IMG/VR virus record: IMGVR_UViG_3300045988_167206
Span: 108,686-172,685 of that record
Reading direction: 5' to 3' (one strand)
Origin: a virus
DNA length: 64,000 nt
Positions 53,484 to 61,980 of the stretch are shown piece after piece. Position numbers and translations under genes: made by a program. Position 1 is the stretch's first letter. Every line of letters starts with the position of its first letter. The notes beneath the pieces were generated by a model that was given only the letters and a program-made list of their open reading frames with translations, had not been told where the DNA came from and did not search any database.

Positions 53484-54315
53484 AAAATGGATTGATAATA
53501 AAATTAAAGAAGAGGAACAGAAAGCAGAAGAGATTTACGAAAAACTTAAAAAGCTTTTTATAGAGCAGAATTTTATTTCGAATGAGTATACATATAAAAT
53601 ACTCAACGAATTAAAGAATAGGAGAAAAGAAAATCATTATTTTACTGAATATTTAATAAAAGATCCGGATATTTTCTTTCATGTAGATGAAAATGATATT
53701 TATTCTGCCATTGAAAATTATGAAATATATCAAAAATGGTTAGAAGATAATAACATTCTTGGATTAGCTTATTCGTACTCAAATAAAGAAAACTGGGAAA
53801 GATATGCTGACTCAGAAGTATTAGAGATTGATGGAGATATTATTATCACTGATCCTTGTTACATAATGAGGGCTGAACATCATGGTACAAAACCTATTAC
53901 AGAAGATGATTGGGTGGCTTGCAATTATGGAAGTAATATGGAAGTACTTGGAATCAAACATTATCTTACTAAAAATACAATTTATGGAGATTGGGGTTGT
54001 ACTACATTTGATGCTACAAATGGAATGGGATTAAAGACTAGAAAAGCAATTGGCAATTTCTGTGCGGATGCTGGTCTTGTTTCAGTATTTTTACTTGACG
54101 AGGTATTGAAATATAATCCGGATTTTGATTATCACAAAAAAAGAGATTGGACCACAACCTGGATCAAAGATTTTAAAGGAAAAGTGCAGATTGTATGTAA
54201 AGTATCAGATAAAACAAGACCTTACGATACTGCAAGAGTAATAGTAAAGGGCAGCGGAGTTATTAAATCTACTGGTAAGAAATTTAAATTTGAAACTAGA
54301 CAAACCGGTTTGTAA
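53476..54315 (+). CDS. hypothetical protein
   Basis: 279-aa ORF. Confidence 0.7.
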   Translation: MNKKWIDNKIKEEEQKAEEIYEKLKKLFIEQNFISNEYTYKILNELKNRRKENHYFTEYLIKDPDIFFHVDENDIYSAIENYEIYQKWLEDNNILGLAYSYSNKENWERYADSEVLEIDGDIIITDPCYIMRAEHHGTKPITEDDWVACNYGSNMEVLGIKHYLTKNTIYGDWGCTTFDATNGMGLKTRKAIGNFCADAGLVSVFLLDEVLKYNPDFDYHKKRDWTTTWIKDFKGKVQIVCKVSDKTRPYDTARVIVKGSGVIKSTGKKFKFETRQTGL

Positions 54316-54328
54316 AGGAGAATAAAAA

Positions 54329-54700
54329 ATGATTGCATATATTGATGGAGTTTGTGATTCAAGAATTACCCGGCTTGATATTTTTTCAATTAAATTTCCT
54401 GAAGAATCTGGTATTACAGATGTAGAATGGGATGAACAGGATATTGTAGTTGAAAAAGGAATATTTACTGCCAGACTAAAAGGAATTTATTTTAATAGAG
54501 AATATGCAAACGGGAAAGGAAAATTGCTTCAAGGATTATCTGCAAAAGTCGAATTTAATTTTTCGGCACAAGATAAAACCTTAATTGTTGATACGGATGA
54601 TGATTTTAATGAATTCATCGATGAAATGTTGCAGTCTATTAAATGTGCTGAAATTGTGTTTGTAGATATAAAAGACAAATATGAGATAGGGATTTTGTAG
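54329..54700 (+). CDS. hypothetical protein
   Basis: 123-aa ORF with AAAGGAGAA SD. Confidence 0.65.
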   Translation: MIAYIDGVCDSRITRLDIFSIKFPEESGITDVEWDEQDIVVEKGIFTARLKGIYFNREYANGKGKLLQGLSAKVEFNFSAQDKTLIVDTDDDFNEFIDEMLQSIKCAEIVFVDIKDKYEIGIL

Positions 54701-54720
54701 AAAGTAAAGGAGAATAAACT

Positions 54721-55116
54721 ATGAAAATTATGGCAATTTGCGATGTGGACGAAGATGAAATTAAAAATGTGAGTTTACATCAAACAAACATAATTGATAA
54801 AGTAGCCAATGAATTTGGCTGGTTGGTGGAATCTGGTATTACTGCTGAGGAAATTGTTGGACTTAATAATTTCAATACAGAAACTCAGTATCAGGCATTT
54901 ATGTGGGATAAAACAACAGAAAAATATACTCCATTTGGTCGGCCTTATTTGTCGGCAAGAATTTGCAAAGCAAGATTAATGGAAAATATTGATAATGGTT
55001 GGATCCCGTCGTTTCTTGATGCAAACAAATATAAGATCTGCAGAAGAGAAGTGTATTCAATCACTACTTTATGGGATGATTTATGGGAAGGAGAAGAAAA
55101 TGAGCTGGAGGGATGA
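54721..55116 (+). CDS. hypothetical protein
   Basis: 131-aa ORF with AAAGGAGAA SD. Confidence 0.65.
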   Translation: MKIMAICDVDEDEIKNVSLHQTNIIDKVANEFGWLVESGITAEEIVGLNNFNTETQYQAFMWDKTTEKYTPFGRPYLSARICKARLMENIDNGWIPSFLDANKYKICRREVYSITTLWDDLWEGEENELEG

Positions 55117-55450
55117 AATGTATTCAGAAACTGAAAGAGCATTACAAGCAGAAGTAAATCGATTGAGAATGGTGGTCAGAAGCTTAGATGATCAGATTGA
55201 AGGATTGAAAAATCAGATTATTGATTGGATTCCAGCGAACTCTGGTATACTCCCGGAAGAAGGAGAAAACGTACAGGTAACTTATCTTGGATATTATGAT
55301 GATAAACCATATTGTGATGGCATGGCATATTTAGAAAATGGCAAATGGTATTGGAGTGATGACCATGAGGAAATAATTGTAAAAATTACTGCATGGAAAC
55401 CAACAGGAGAACCATATAGAGAAGAAACTAAAGATAAATACGAGGAATAA
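55100..55450 (+). CDS. DUF551-like protein with N-terminal coiled coil
   Basis: Track ORF trimmed to ATG 55100 (GAAGGAGAAG upstream). The C-terminal WIPANSGILPEEGENVQVTY...KWYWSDD...KITAWKP pattern resembles DUF551. Confidence 0.5.
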   Translation: MSWRDEMYSETERALQAEVNRLRMVVRSLDDQIEGLKNQIIDWIPANSGILPEEGENVQVTYLGYYDDKPYCDGMAYLENGKWYWSDDHEEIIVKITAWKPTGEPYREETKDKYEE

Positions 55451-55453
55451 ATT

Positions 55454-55738
55454 ATGACATTAAAAGAATTATTTAAACAAGGAAAACTTCAGCTTGAAGT
55501 TGGACCTATAAAAAAATATTCTGCGGTTGATATTGATTTTCTTACAAATGACGGAGTAGAAGATGAGATTCAGTTAAATGTAGAAAATAATATTCTTACA
55601 AAAGCGGGAGAAGAGGAATTAGAGGAGTTGTTTGCTTCTCTTACAAAAGAATTTAACACTCGAAGTGATTTTGTTCTTTCTTGCACGGTAGTTGCAACAG
55701 CAAATACATATAAAAAATTAGTTGAAATGGGATATTGA
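55454..55738 (+). CDS. hypothetical protein
   Basis: 94-aa ORF directly upstream of the RT gene. Confidence 0.55.
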   Translation: MTLKELFKQGKLQLEVGPIKKYSAVDIDFLTNDGVEDEIQLNVENNILTKAGEEELEELFASLTKEFNTRSDFVLSCTVVATANTYKKLVEMGY

Positions 55739-55747
55739 GGTGGTCAA

Positions 55748-57013
55748 ATGAAAGATTATTTATTAGAGAAATTCTTTGAATCAGACCGATGGGAGAATGC
55801 TATTGAAACAGGAGTTATTAAGGGAATTGATAAATCAGAATTAAGAAAGCTTTGTAGTCCAGAGTATAGATTAACATTATTGAATGCAATCGTTACTAAT
55901 AATTACGAGATAGCTCCTCCACATCAGGCATTGATTCCAAAAGATAATGGAGAATTTAGAACAGTTTATGTTAATGAAGGAATGGACAGAGTGTTCTTAT
56001 CTATTGTAAATGATATGTTATTTGAACTTGATCATGACTCTATTCATCCAGCATGTAAAAGTTATCAGAAAGGAATTGGCTGCGGAAAAGTAGTTCAGGA
56101 AGCTGTTAGAAATATAAAACATATTCAAAGACAAGATATTGGATTTAAGGCAGACTTAAGTAAATACTTTGATTCGGTTCCGATTAAGTTTATCGAAAAA
56201 GAATTTAAGCGGATCGAAGAAAGATTTGGAAGATCAAAAATAATTGATGTATTAAGGAAATATTATCATGCAGATTTATGTTTTAATCCAGACGGAAATC
56301 TTATCGAACATTATCAAAGTCTTAAGCAGGGTTGTGCCGTTGCAAGTTATCTGGCTGATTGTGTGTTGTTTCACATTGATAAAAGATTAAATATCATGTG
56401 CGATGGATATTATGTTAGATATTCTGATGATATTCTATTTATTGGTGATGATTATGCATCGGCAATGGCTGCGCTTAAAGACGAATTAGAGAAAATGCAA
56501 ATGAAATTAAATCCAAAAAAGGTAGAATTGCTTGATAAAGATCATTGGTTCAAGTTTTTAGGATTCATGATTAAAGGTGATCAGATCAGTTTATCCAAGA
56601 GTAGAGTCAAAGACTTCCAAAAAGAAATAGAAGCAAGAACAATTAAAAAGAGAGATACAACTAAAACAAAAGCTATAAATAGTGTGAATAGATATCTTTA
56701 CAAAGGTGATGGAAAGTATTCCTGGGCAACTTCAGTATTGCCGATAATTACCGTGCAGAAAGATATTGATACACTGAATGAATTTGTTATGGATTGTATT
56801 AGGGCGGCAGAAACAGGAAAGAAAAAAGTAGGTGGTTTAGGATGTGTTGTAGATAAGGATAATTATACGATTCTTAGAGGAACCGGAAAAAATGTAAAAG
56901 CAAATAAAATTAAAACAGAAAAATATATTGAAGGATATAAGAGTATACGATGTATGCAGAATGCATTGAATTACAGCAGGCCGTTGTATGAAACATTAGT
57001 GAGGGAGATGTGA
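55748..57013 (+). CDS. reverse transcriptase (stand-alone, group-II-intron-like palm/fingers plus thumb-like C-terminus)
   Basis: RT motifs in order: IPKDNGEFRTV (1), SYQKGIG (2), FKADLSKYFDSVP (3), SLKQGCAVASYLADCVL (4), YVRYSDDILFIG (5, YxDD), LNPKKVELL (6), FKFLGFMI (7). Confidence 0.9.
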   Translation: MKDYLLEKFFESDRWENAIETGVIKGIDKSELRKLCSPEYRLTLLNAIVTNNYEIAPPHQALIPKDNGEFRTVYVNEGMDRVFLSIVNDMLFELDHDSIHPACKSYQKGIGCGKVVQEAVRNIKHIQRQDIGFKADLSKYFDSVPIKFIEKEFKRIEERFGRSKIIDVLRKYYHADLCFNPDGNLIEHYQSLKQGCAVASYLADCVLFHIDKRLNIMCDGYYVRYSDDILFIGDDYASAMAALKDELEKMQMKLNPKKVELLDKDHWFKFLGFMIKGDQISLSKSRVKDFQKEIEARTIKKRDTTKTKAINSVNRYLYKGDGKYSWATSVLPIITVQKDIDTLNEFVMDCIRAAETGKKKVGGLGCVVDKDNYTILRGTGKNVKANKIKTEKYIEGYKSIRCMQNALNYSRPLYETLVREM

Positions 57014-57015
57014 TT

Positions 57016-57372
57016 ATGTATATTGTACCAAGGATAGAAGTAAGAGAAGTAGAAGATATTATTGATTTTGCTACAACAATGGATTCAGATATGAACTTAT
57101 ACTTTGAAGAGAAAAATGAATTATTGGAAGATGTTCCGAAACGTAAAAATGATTGTGGAGCTGTATTTTATCCGGCTGTTATTAATCCTCGATTATTTTA
57201 CGCCTACATTTTAAAAAGACAGTGTTTTCGGGATGGTACATATCGGTGGAATTTATGTATTTCATGTAGGGAAGATGAAGATTGTTGTATGGTATTAGAA
57301 ACTATGAAAGGTACTGAAGAAGAAGCAAAAGAACGACTTTCAATAATTCTTACTTCCGGAAGTATTAGATGA
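57016..57372 (+). CDS. hypothetical Cys-rich protein
   Basis: Track ORF (GTG start at 57010) trimmed to ATG 57016 (GAGGGAG upstream). Overlaps or abuts the RT stop. Confidence 0.6.
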   Translation: MYIVPRIEVREVEDIIDFATTMDSDMNLYFEEKNELLEDVPKRKNDCGAVFYPAVINPRLFYAYILKRQCFRDGTYRWNLCISCREDEDCCMVLETMKGTEEEAKERLSIILTSGSIR

Positions 57373-57381
57373 GGTGATCAT

Positions 57382-58014
57382 ATGAGAGAATATTTATTTT
57401 TATATAGAATTAAAAATTCTGATGATCGCGATTGCTGTGCATATATTAATGCAGCCGGTCCAAAATTTGAATGTAATCATTATTTTGGATCTATTACATT
57501 GCGTGGTAGCTGCTATTCTGGTAAAGAGTTTCCCGAATATAAAGAAATCGAAACGTTTCTTACAAAAGATGAATATGAAGAGATTCTTACATTTAATATA
57601 TTTATTAAATCGCTGGGATATGGTATTACCAAGGGAGATAGTAAATACAAAGCAGGCATTAAACTTATTGATTCCATTAAACATATCTATGACAAGTTAA
57701 AGTCTGATGAGGCGTTTGCTTTCTTTGAAGATATTCAGAATAGTGAAATGGAATATTTAAAAGAAGAATACAATTTATCAGATCGTGATATTAAAAAAAT
57801 ACTTAATGAATATACAGAAGACTTTAGAGATCGCAGTATTGTAAGTTATGTATATGATGATAGTGAAGAAGCTGGACGCGAAGAAGCTTGGCAGTTAGGA
57901 TATGATTCAATTTCTTCTAAACATTTTGGCTATAAGAAATTCGGAGAGAATTTAGTTAAAAATGATTATTTTATGAAATTATGTGATGGAAGAGTTGTGA
58001 GATTAAATTATTAA
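57382..58014 (+). CDS. hypothetical protein
   Basis: 210-aa ORF with GAGGTGA SD. Confidence 0.7.
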   Translation: MREYLFLYRIKNSDDRDCCAYINAAGPKFECNHYFGSITLRGSCYSGKEFPEYKEIETFLTKDEYEEILTFNIFIKSLGYGITKGDSKYKAGIKLIDSIKHIYDKLKSDEAFAFFEDIQNSEMEYLKEEYNLSDRDIKKILNEYTEDFRDRSIVSYVYDDSEEAGREEAWQLGYDSISSKHFGYKKFGENLVKNDYFMKLCDGRVVRLNY

Positions 58015-58033
58015 TGAGAATTGAGGTGTAATT

Positions 58034-58615
58034 ATGGGCTGGACTTCTTATCATGCAGAATTTTATAAAAACGGAACTGTTGATCGGAAAAAAGAAGTTG
58101 ATAAACTATGGACCCAGCAAGAAAGTGAAAAATATCCTGAGTTAAATGTATTGAAATCAAGAATGGTTGGTTCTACATATTATGCAGCAATTGAAGAAAA
58201 AGAAAATGGTGTTACTAAACAGGTATTCGCTGTAGTTGTATTAACATCTATAAATATGAAAGACTATTTTAATTTCTCCTATAAAGACATGTGTGAATCA
58301 GCTGGACCATATCGTTACAATTGTCCTAAAGGAATTCTTGATTTGCTGACAGCAACGGATAATGAATATGCAATAAACTGGAGAAACAAGTGTAGAGAAA
58401 ACATTCAGAAGAAAAAAGAAAAATTAACAAAAGGCACATTACCAATAGGCAGCATAATAAGATTCAAAAAATACAATGGTGAAATTGTAGTATTAGAAAA
58501 AATGCATGCAATGTATCAGTTTAGGAGATCTTGGTGGTATTGTGCAGACTCTAATACATATTTTCCACTTGGTCATATACCGGATGAATTTGAAATTATA
58601 AGAATAGGAGCGTAA
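58034..58615 (+). CDS. hypothetical protein (MGW-start conserved phage family?)
   Basis: 193-aa ORF with GAGGTG SD. The pattern MGWTSYHA...YKDMCESAGPYRYNCPKGILDLL resembles a DUF family from memory. Not verified. Confidence 0.65.
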   Translation: MGWTSYHAEFYKNGTVDRKKEVDKLWTQQESEKYPELNVLKSRMVGSTYYAAIEEKENGVTKQVFAVVVLTSINMKDYFNFSYKDMCESAGPYRYNCPKGILDLLTATDNEYAINWRNKCRENIQKKKEKLTKGTLPIGSIIRFKKYNGEIVVLEKMHAMYQFRRSWWYCADSNTYFPLGHIPDEFEIIRIGA

Positions 58616-58617
58616 TT

Positions 58618-59229
58618 ATGGAATTAAATAAAAAAATTGTAGATGTTATTGAGAATAGTGGATTTAATTATGATGGTGTTGATGAAAACGATGGTTATAG
58701 TGTTAGACTTTATCAAAGTACACCCGCAGGAGAAGATTGGGGTTTAATAATATGGTTTGATGGAAGCGATAATGGTTTTATTTATGCATTTAGAAAATAT
58801 TCTGAATCATTTGATGTAGATAAAGAAGTAGAATTTTGGGTTGAATTAAGAGGAAAAAATGGTATTCCAAGTAGTATCAGAAAAATAACAGAAATATTAA
58901 ATGATGCTGAATGGAAAAAAGAAAAGCTTGGATTGTTACTTAATGATTTAGAAGATATTGATTTTAGAGAAGATAATGTATTAACGGTATTTATATTAGA
59001 TCATGTAGATGATGAAGCAAAACCAATATTATATATGATACCATTAAATAAACAGCTTGAAGTAGAAAAATTAGCAAGATCATTAAAGGTAAATGAGTAC
59101 TATAGTGAATTCGAAGATTTATTAACTGATAATCATATTAAATATGAATGGATGGGAAGCATTTATAGTGCTAAAAATAGACAAGAGAATTGGATTGATG
59201 ACAATATTGCAAGAGTAATAGTTGGATAG
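58618..59229 (+). CDS. hypothetical protein
   Basis: 203-aa ORF abutting the upstream stop. Confidence 0.7.
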   Translation: MELNKKIVDVIENSGFNYDGVDENDGYSVRLYQSTPAGEDWGLIIWFDGSDNGFIYAFRKYSESFDVDKEVEFWVELRGKNGIPSSIRKITEILNDAEWKKEKLGLLLNDLEDIDFREDNVLTVFILDHVDDEAKPILYMIPLNKQLEVEKLARSLKVNEYYSEFEDLLTDNHIKYEWMGSIYSAKNRQENWIDDNIARVIVG

Positions 59230-59263
59230 TGAATAGTTAAATAAAACGCACAGGAGAATAAAT

Positions 59264-59923
59264 ATGGGATTAGATATGTATTTATATAAAGCAGAGAAAC
59301 TTGATGAAAATGTTACATTAGAAGATATTCTTCTACTCAATGATTATTTTGATTGGAAGGAATACGGCCAGAAATATACTTTTGAAAAATGGTGTGGAAA
59401 AGATATTAAAAAGGTTAAGAGAAAACTAATTCCATTATATAAAAATGAATATAAAGAAATGTATTGGGATTGGGACACAGAGCATAAATATTGTCATAGA
59501 TCTTTACTTGAACAGTTAGTATCTTGGAGAAAAGCAAATCAGATTCATAATTGGTTTGTTGAGAATGTGCAGGATGGAAAAGATGATTGCGGTTGTTATG
59601 AAGTAACTAAAGGACAACTTGAAGAACTACTTGATACATGTATAAAAGTGAAAGCAGCTTCGAAATTAGTAAAAGGTAAAGTAAATAATGGTTATACATT
59701 TAAAGATGGAGTTGAAATACCAAATGTAGAAGATGGTAAATATATTGAGGATCCAACAACTGCAATGGAATTACTTCCAGCCCAATCAGGATTTTTCTTT
59801 GGAAGTACAGATTATGATCAGTGGTATATGAGTGATATTGATTATACAATTGAGAAAATTCTTAAGGTATTAAAAACAACAGACTTTGATAAGGAAATTG
59901 TATTCTATAGAAGCTCTTGGTAA
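59264..59923 (+). CDS. hypothetical protein
   Basis: 219-aa ORF with AGGAGAA SD. Confidence 0.7.
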   Translation: MGLDMYLYKAEKLDENVTLEDILLLNDYFDWKEYGQKYTFEKWCGKDIKKVKRKLIPLYKNEYKEMYWDWDTEHKYCHRSLLEQLVSWRKANQIHNWFVENVQDGKDDCGCYEVTKGQLEELLDTCIKVKAASKLVKGKVNNGYTFKDGVEIPNVEDGKYIEDPTTAMELLPAQSGFFFGSTDYDQWYMSDIDYTIEKILKVLKTTDFDKEIVFYRSSW

Positions 59924-59949
59924 AGGATAGTTAAATAAGGAGAAAAGAC

Positions 59950-60063
59950 ATGGGAACAAATTTGGTGATAAAGGATATTGAATTTAATGGAGCTATGTTA
60001 AAGGCAGCTCAAGATATAGAAGGAAAAATTGGGGTTGGAGTATCTTATATTTGTTACATATAG
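59950..60063 (+). CDS. 37-aa ORF, possibly a gene fragment
   Basis: Not in the ORF track. AAGGAGAAAAG SD. MGTNLVIKDIEFNGAMLKAAQDIEGKIGVGVSYICYI ends at TAG. It resembles the start of phage antirepressor N-terminal domains but stops early. Confidence 0.3.
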   Translation: MGTNLVIKDIEFNGAMLKAAQDIEGKIGVGVSYICYI

Positions 60064-60079
60064 AAAAGTCTATATTAAG

Positions 60080-60253
60080 ATGAAACATATAGATCCTAAT
60101 ATCAATTGGAAAAATCTTGAAAATAGATATATGCAAAAATATGGCAAATCACAGAAAGGAAAAGTGAGCAAAAGGATGATCATTAATAAAAGTGATAAGT
60201 TATTAGAAAAATTTAAAAGAGCTGTAGATGTTATGATTGTAGAAATGAGGTGA
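60080..60253 (+). CDS. hypothetical small basic protein
   Basis: Track ORF 60029..60253 (TTG start) trimmed to ATG 60080. Weak SD. Confidence 0.4.
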   Translation: MKHIDPNINWKNLENRYMQKYGKSQKGKVSKRMIINKSDKLLEKFKRAVDVMIVEMR

Positions 60254-60255
60254 TA

Positions 60256-60342
60256 ATGATATTTAGAATAGCAATTGCAGTTTTTGTATTAATGTATGTA
60301 ACAGCAATTATTATGTGGATCAAAGAACGGAGGAACTTCTAA
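60256..60342 (+). CDS. 28-aa hydrophobic peptide MIFRIAIAVFVLMYVTAIIMWIKERRNF
   Basis: Not in the ORF track. GAGGTGA SD. Single TM helix with a basic tail. Confidence 0.4.
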   Translation: MIFRIAIAVFVLMYVTAIIMWIKERRNF

Positions 60343-60420
60343 TGTATAAGCAGGAGTTTTGTGGAATTACAATTTTTACTTATGAACTTTTTGATGAAGG
60401 AGAACTCGGAGGGATAAATT

Positions 60421-60684
60421 ATGAAATATAATATTAGATTACTTTTCGCTTGGGATGATGTGGACGAAATGGAAAGTTATACAATAACCGTACCAGATCA
60501 AGTTACTCTTAGCGATGTGGAAAACAAACTATGTGAAAATCATGAATTCCTATGTAAAAATGATGAAAAAGATACATATGGCATAGAAGGAAGAAATCCT
60601 GATACATTAATTAGATATACATGCGAAAAAGAAGGGTGGACATATGAGGAACCTTCTTATGATCTGGATTTAAATTTTGAATAA
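60421..60684 (+). CDS. hypothetical protein
   Basis: 87-aa ORF with GGAGGG SD. Confidence 0.55.
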   Translation: MKYNIRLLFAWDDVDEMESYTITVPDQVTLSDVENKLCENHEFLCKNDEKDTYGIEGRNPDTLIRYTCEKEGWTYEEPSYDLDLNFE

Positions 60685-60702
60685 TATTGGAGGGTTAATT
60701 TA

Positions 60703-60924
60703 GTGAATAATATTTGGTTATATGGATTTGATGGGTTTAATGGAATTAAAGTAGTTGGTTTTGTCGTAGCAAATAACGAAGATGAAGCATACAGCAAAAT
60801 TATTGAAATGTATAACGATTTTGGAACTGATGAATATAATTTAGAAGATCTGGTTGTTTGGCTTCCTAAAAATGATGACAATTATAGAGAGGATTATCCA
60901 GATGTGATGGAAATTATTTATTAA
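60703..60924 (+). CDS. hypothetical protein (GTG start)
   Basis: 73-aa ORF with TGGAGGG SD 9 nt upstream of GTG. Confidence 0.5.
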   Translation: MNNIWLYGFDGFNGIKVVGFVVANNEDEAYSKIIEMYNDFGTDEYNLEDLVVWLPKNDDNYREDYPDVMEIIY

Positions 60925-60985
60925 ACAAATAATGTAAATATTAAAAGAGCACACTTAAAATATACAATGTCAACATAATTTAATA

Positions 60986-61107
60986 ATGCTGCTGAACTCC
61001 TGGTATAACCGGCCTTCATCTGGATATCTCCAGCTGCTTTCCGGTCCAACCAGGATTCTGCAGCATCTATATGATACTGTTACAGATATGTGCAAGGTTG
61101 ATGAGTA
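60986..61107 (+). repeat. structured unit U1: 81-nt imperfect hairpin plus conserved 3' box
   Basis: Hairpin at 60986-61066 (ATGCTGC/GCAGCAT, GAA/TTC, TCCTGGT/ACCAGGA, ACCGG/CCGGT, CTGGA-tatc-TCCAG). Followed by CTATATGATACTG-TTACAG-N16-TGAGTA. Confidence 0.6.
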
Positions 61108-61152
61108 TATTTAATGTAATGCCGTAGTGTAACGGAAGGTAAATGAGATATA

Positions 61153-61273
61153 TTCAATTCAATTATGATCCATAATGAGAGAGGAGCTGCTTCAGATATC
61201 TCTGAAGCTGCGCCTCCACATATGGATCATTCTATATGATTCTGTTAAAGAAATGTACCGGAATATATGAGTT
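61153..61273 (+). repeat. structured unit U2: TTCAATT box, 66-nt hairpin, conserved 3' box
   Basis: TTCAATTCAATT. Hairpin at 61165-61230 (ATGATCCATA/TATGGATCAT, GGAGC/GCCTCC, GCTTCAGA-tatc-TCTGAAGC). Followed by TCTATATGATTCTG-TTAAAG-N17-TGAGTT. Confidence 0.6.
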
Positions 61274-61317
61274 TATCTAAAAATAAAGCATAGAATAATG
61301 TATATCAACAAGGTAAT

Positions 61318-61455
61318 TTCAATTCAATAAAGTGAGGCATAAAGCCGCAGGCTATTCATCGCTCCTGAATTATCATTCCGGCGACGATGACTATCTCGGC
61401 GGCCATGCCTCCATTATATGAAACGGTTAAAGAAATATTCCATAATTATTGAGTT
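61318..61455 (+). repeat. structured unit U3: TTCAATT box, 78-nt hairpin, conserved 3' box
   Basis: TTCAATTCAAT. Hairpin at 61334-61411 (GAGGCAT/ATGCCTC, GCCGC/GCGGC, TCATCG/CGATGA, apex ttatc). Followed by ATTATATGAAACGG-TTAAAG-N17-TGAGTT. Confidence 0.6.
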
Positions 61456-61486
61456 GATATAAAAATAACAGAAAGGAAACAATAAT

Positions 61487-61963
61487 ATGTTGACATATTA
61501 CGATAATTTGGTTGATTGGGTAAAATGTGGTCATGCCTATTGTATTAATTTAAGAACTAAAACAATGCAGTTAACATCAAATGAAAAATGTATTGACAAT
61601 GGAAGTTGGTATCCTGATGCTGATTTAATTCATATTGATAGAATTGAGACATGCGAATACAAGAATCTACGTTGCTTGAATATCATCGAAGATCTTTATC
61701 GTGATTACAAATATTCAGTTCCATCTGAAAATAGTGAAAGAACGAAAAGGAGAGATTATTTCAAAGCATTATCTCCGGATGAAATGACAGATAAAGAGTT
61801 GGCAACGGGGATGGATAGAAATATTGCGAAAGCGAAACTTGAGGGATTTATCCTGTGTGCTTCATTGGCAGGATATCTTACTTGGGATGAAAAACTTATG
61901 GGAAAATGGTTTTACCAGGGAAAAGATAAAGATTTGGTGATTTTGAGAGAATGGATGGAATAA
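61487..61963 (+). CDS. hypothetical protein
   Basis: 158-aa ORF, the first gene after hairpin units U1-U3. Confidence 0.65.
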   Translation: MLTYYDNLVDWVKCGHAYCINLRTKTMQLTSNEKCIDNGSWYPDADLIHIDRIETCEYKNLRCLNIIEDLYRDYKYSVPSENSERTKRRDYFKALSPDEMTDKELATGMDRNIAKAKLEGFILCASLAGYLTWDEKLMGKWFYQGKDKDLVILREWME

Positions 61964-61980
61964 TTTTTGGGATTAATAAT

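Noticed and set aside
55748-57013. RT as part of a diversity-generating retroelement
   Set aside because: Motif 4 is the canonical QGxxxS type, not the DGR-type [LI]GxxxSQ. There is no adjacent non-coding template region. I saw no TR/VR-like repeat pair in the window. A distant VR cannot be excluded without a repeat search.
55748-57013. RT as a group II intron ORF or a classical retron
   Set aside because: The flanks are tightly packed protein-coding ORFs. No domain V/VI-like RNA was seen, there is no maturase-Zn or endonuclease tail, and there is no upstream ncRNA gap with a1/a2 inverted repeats.
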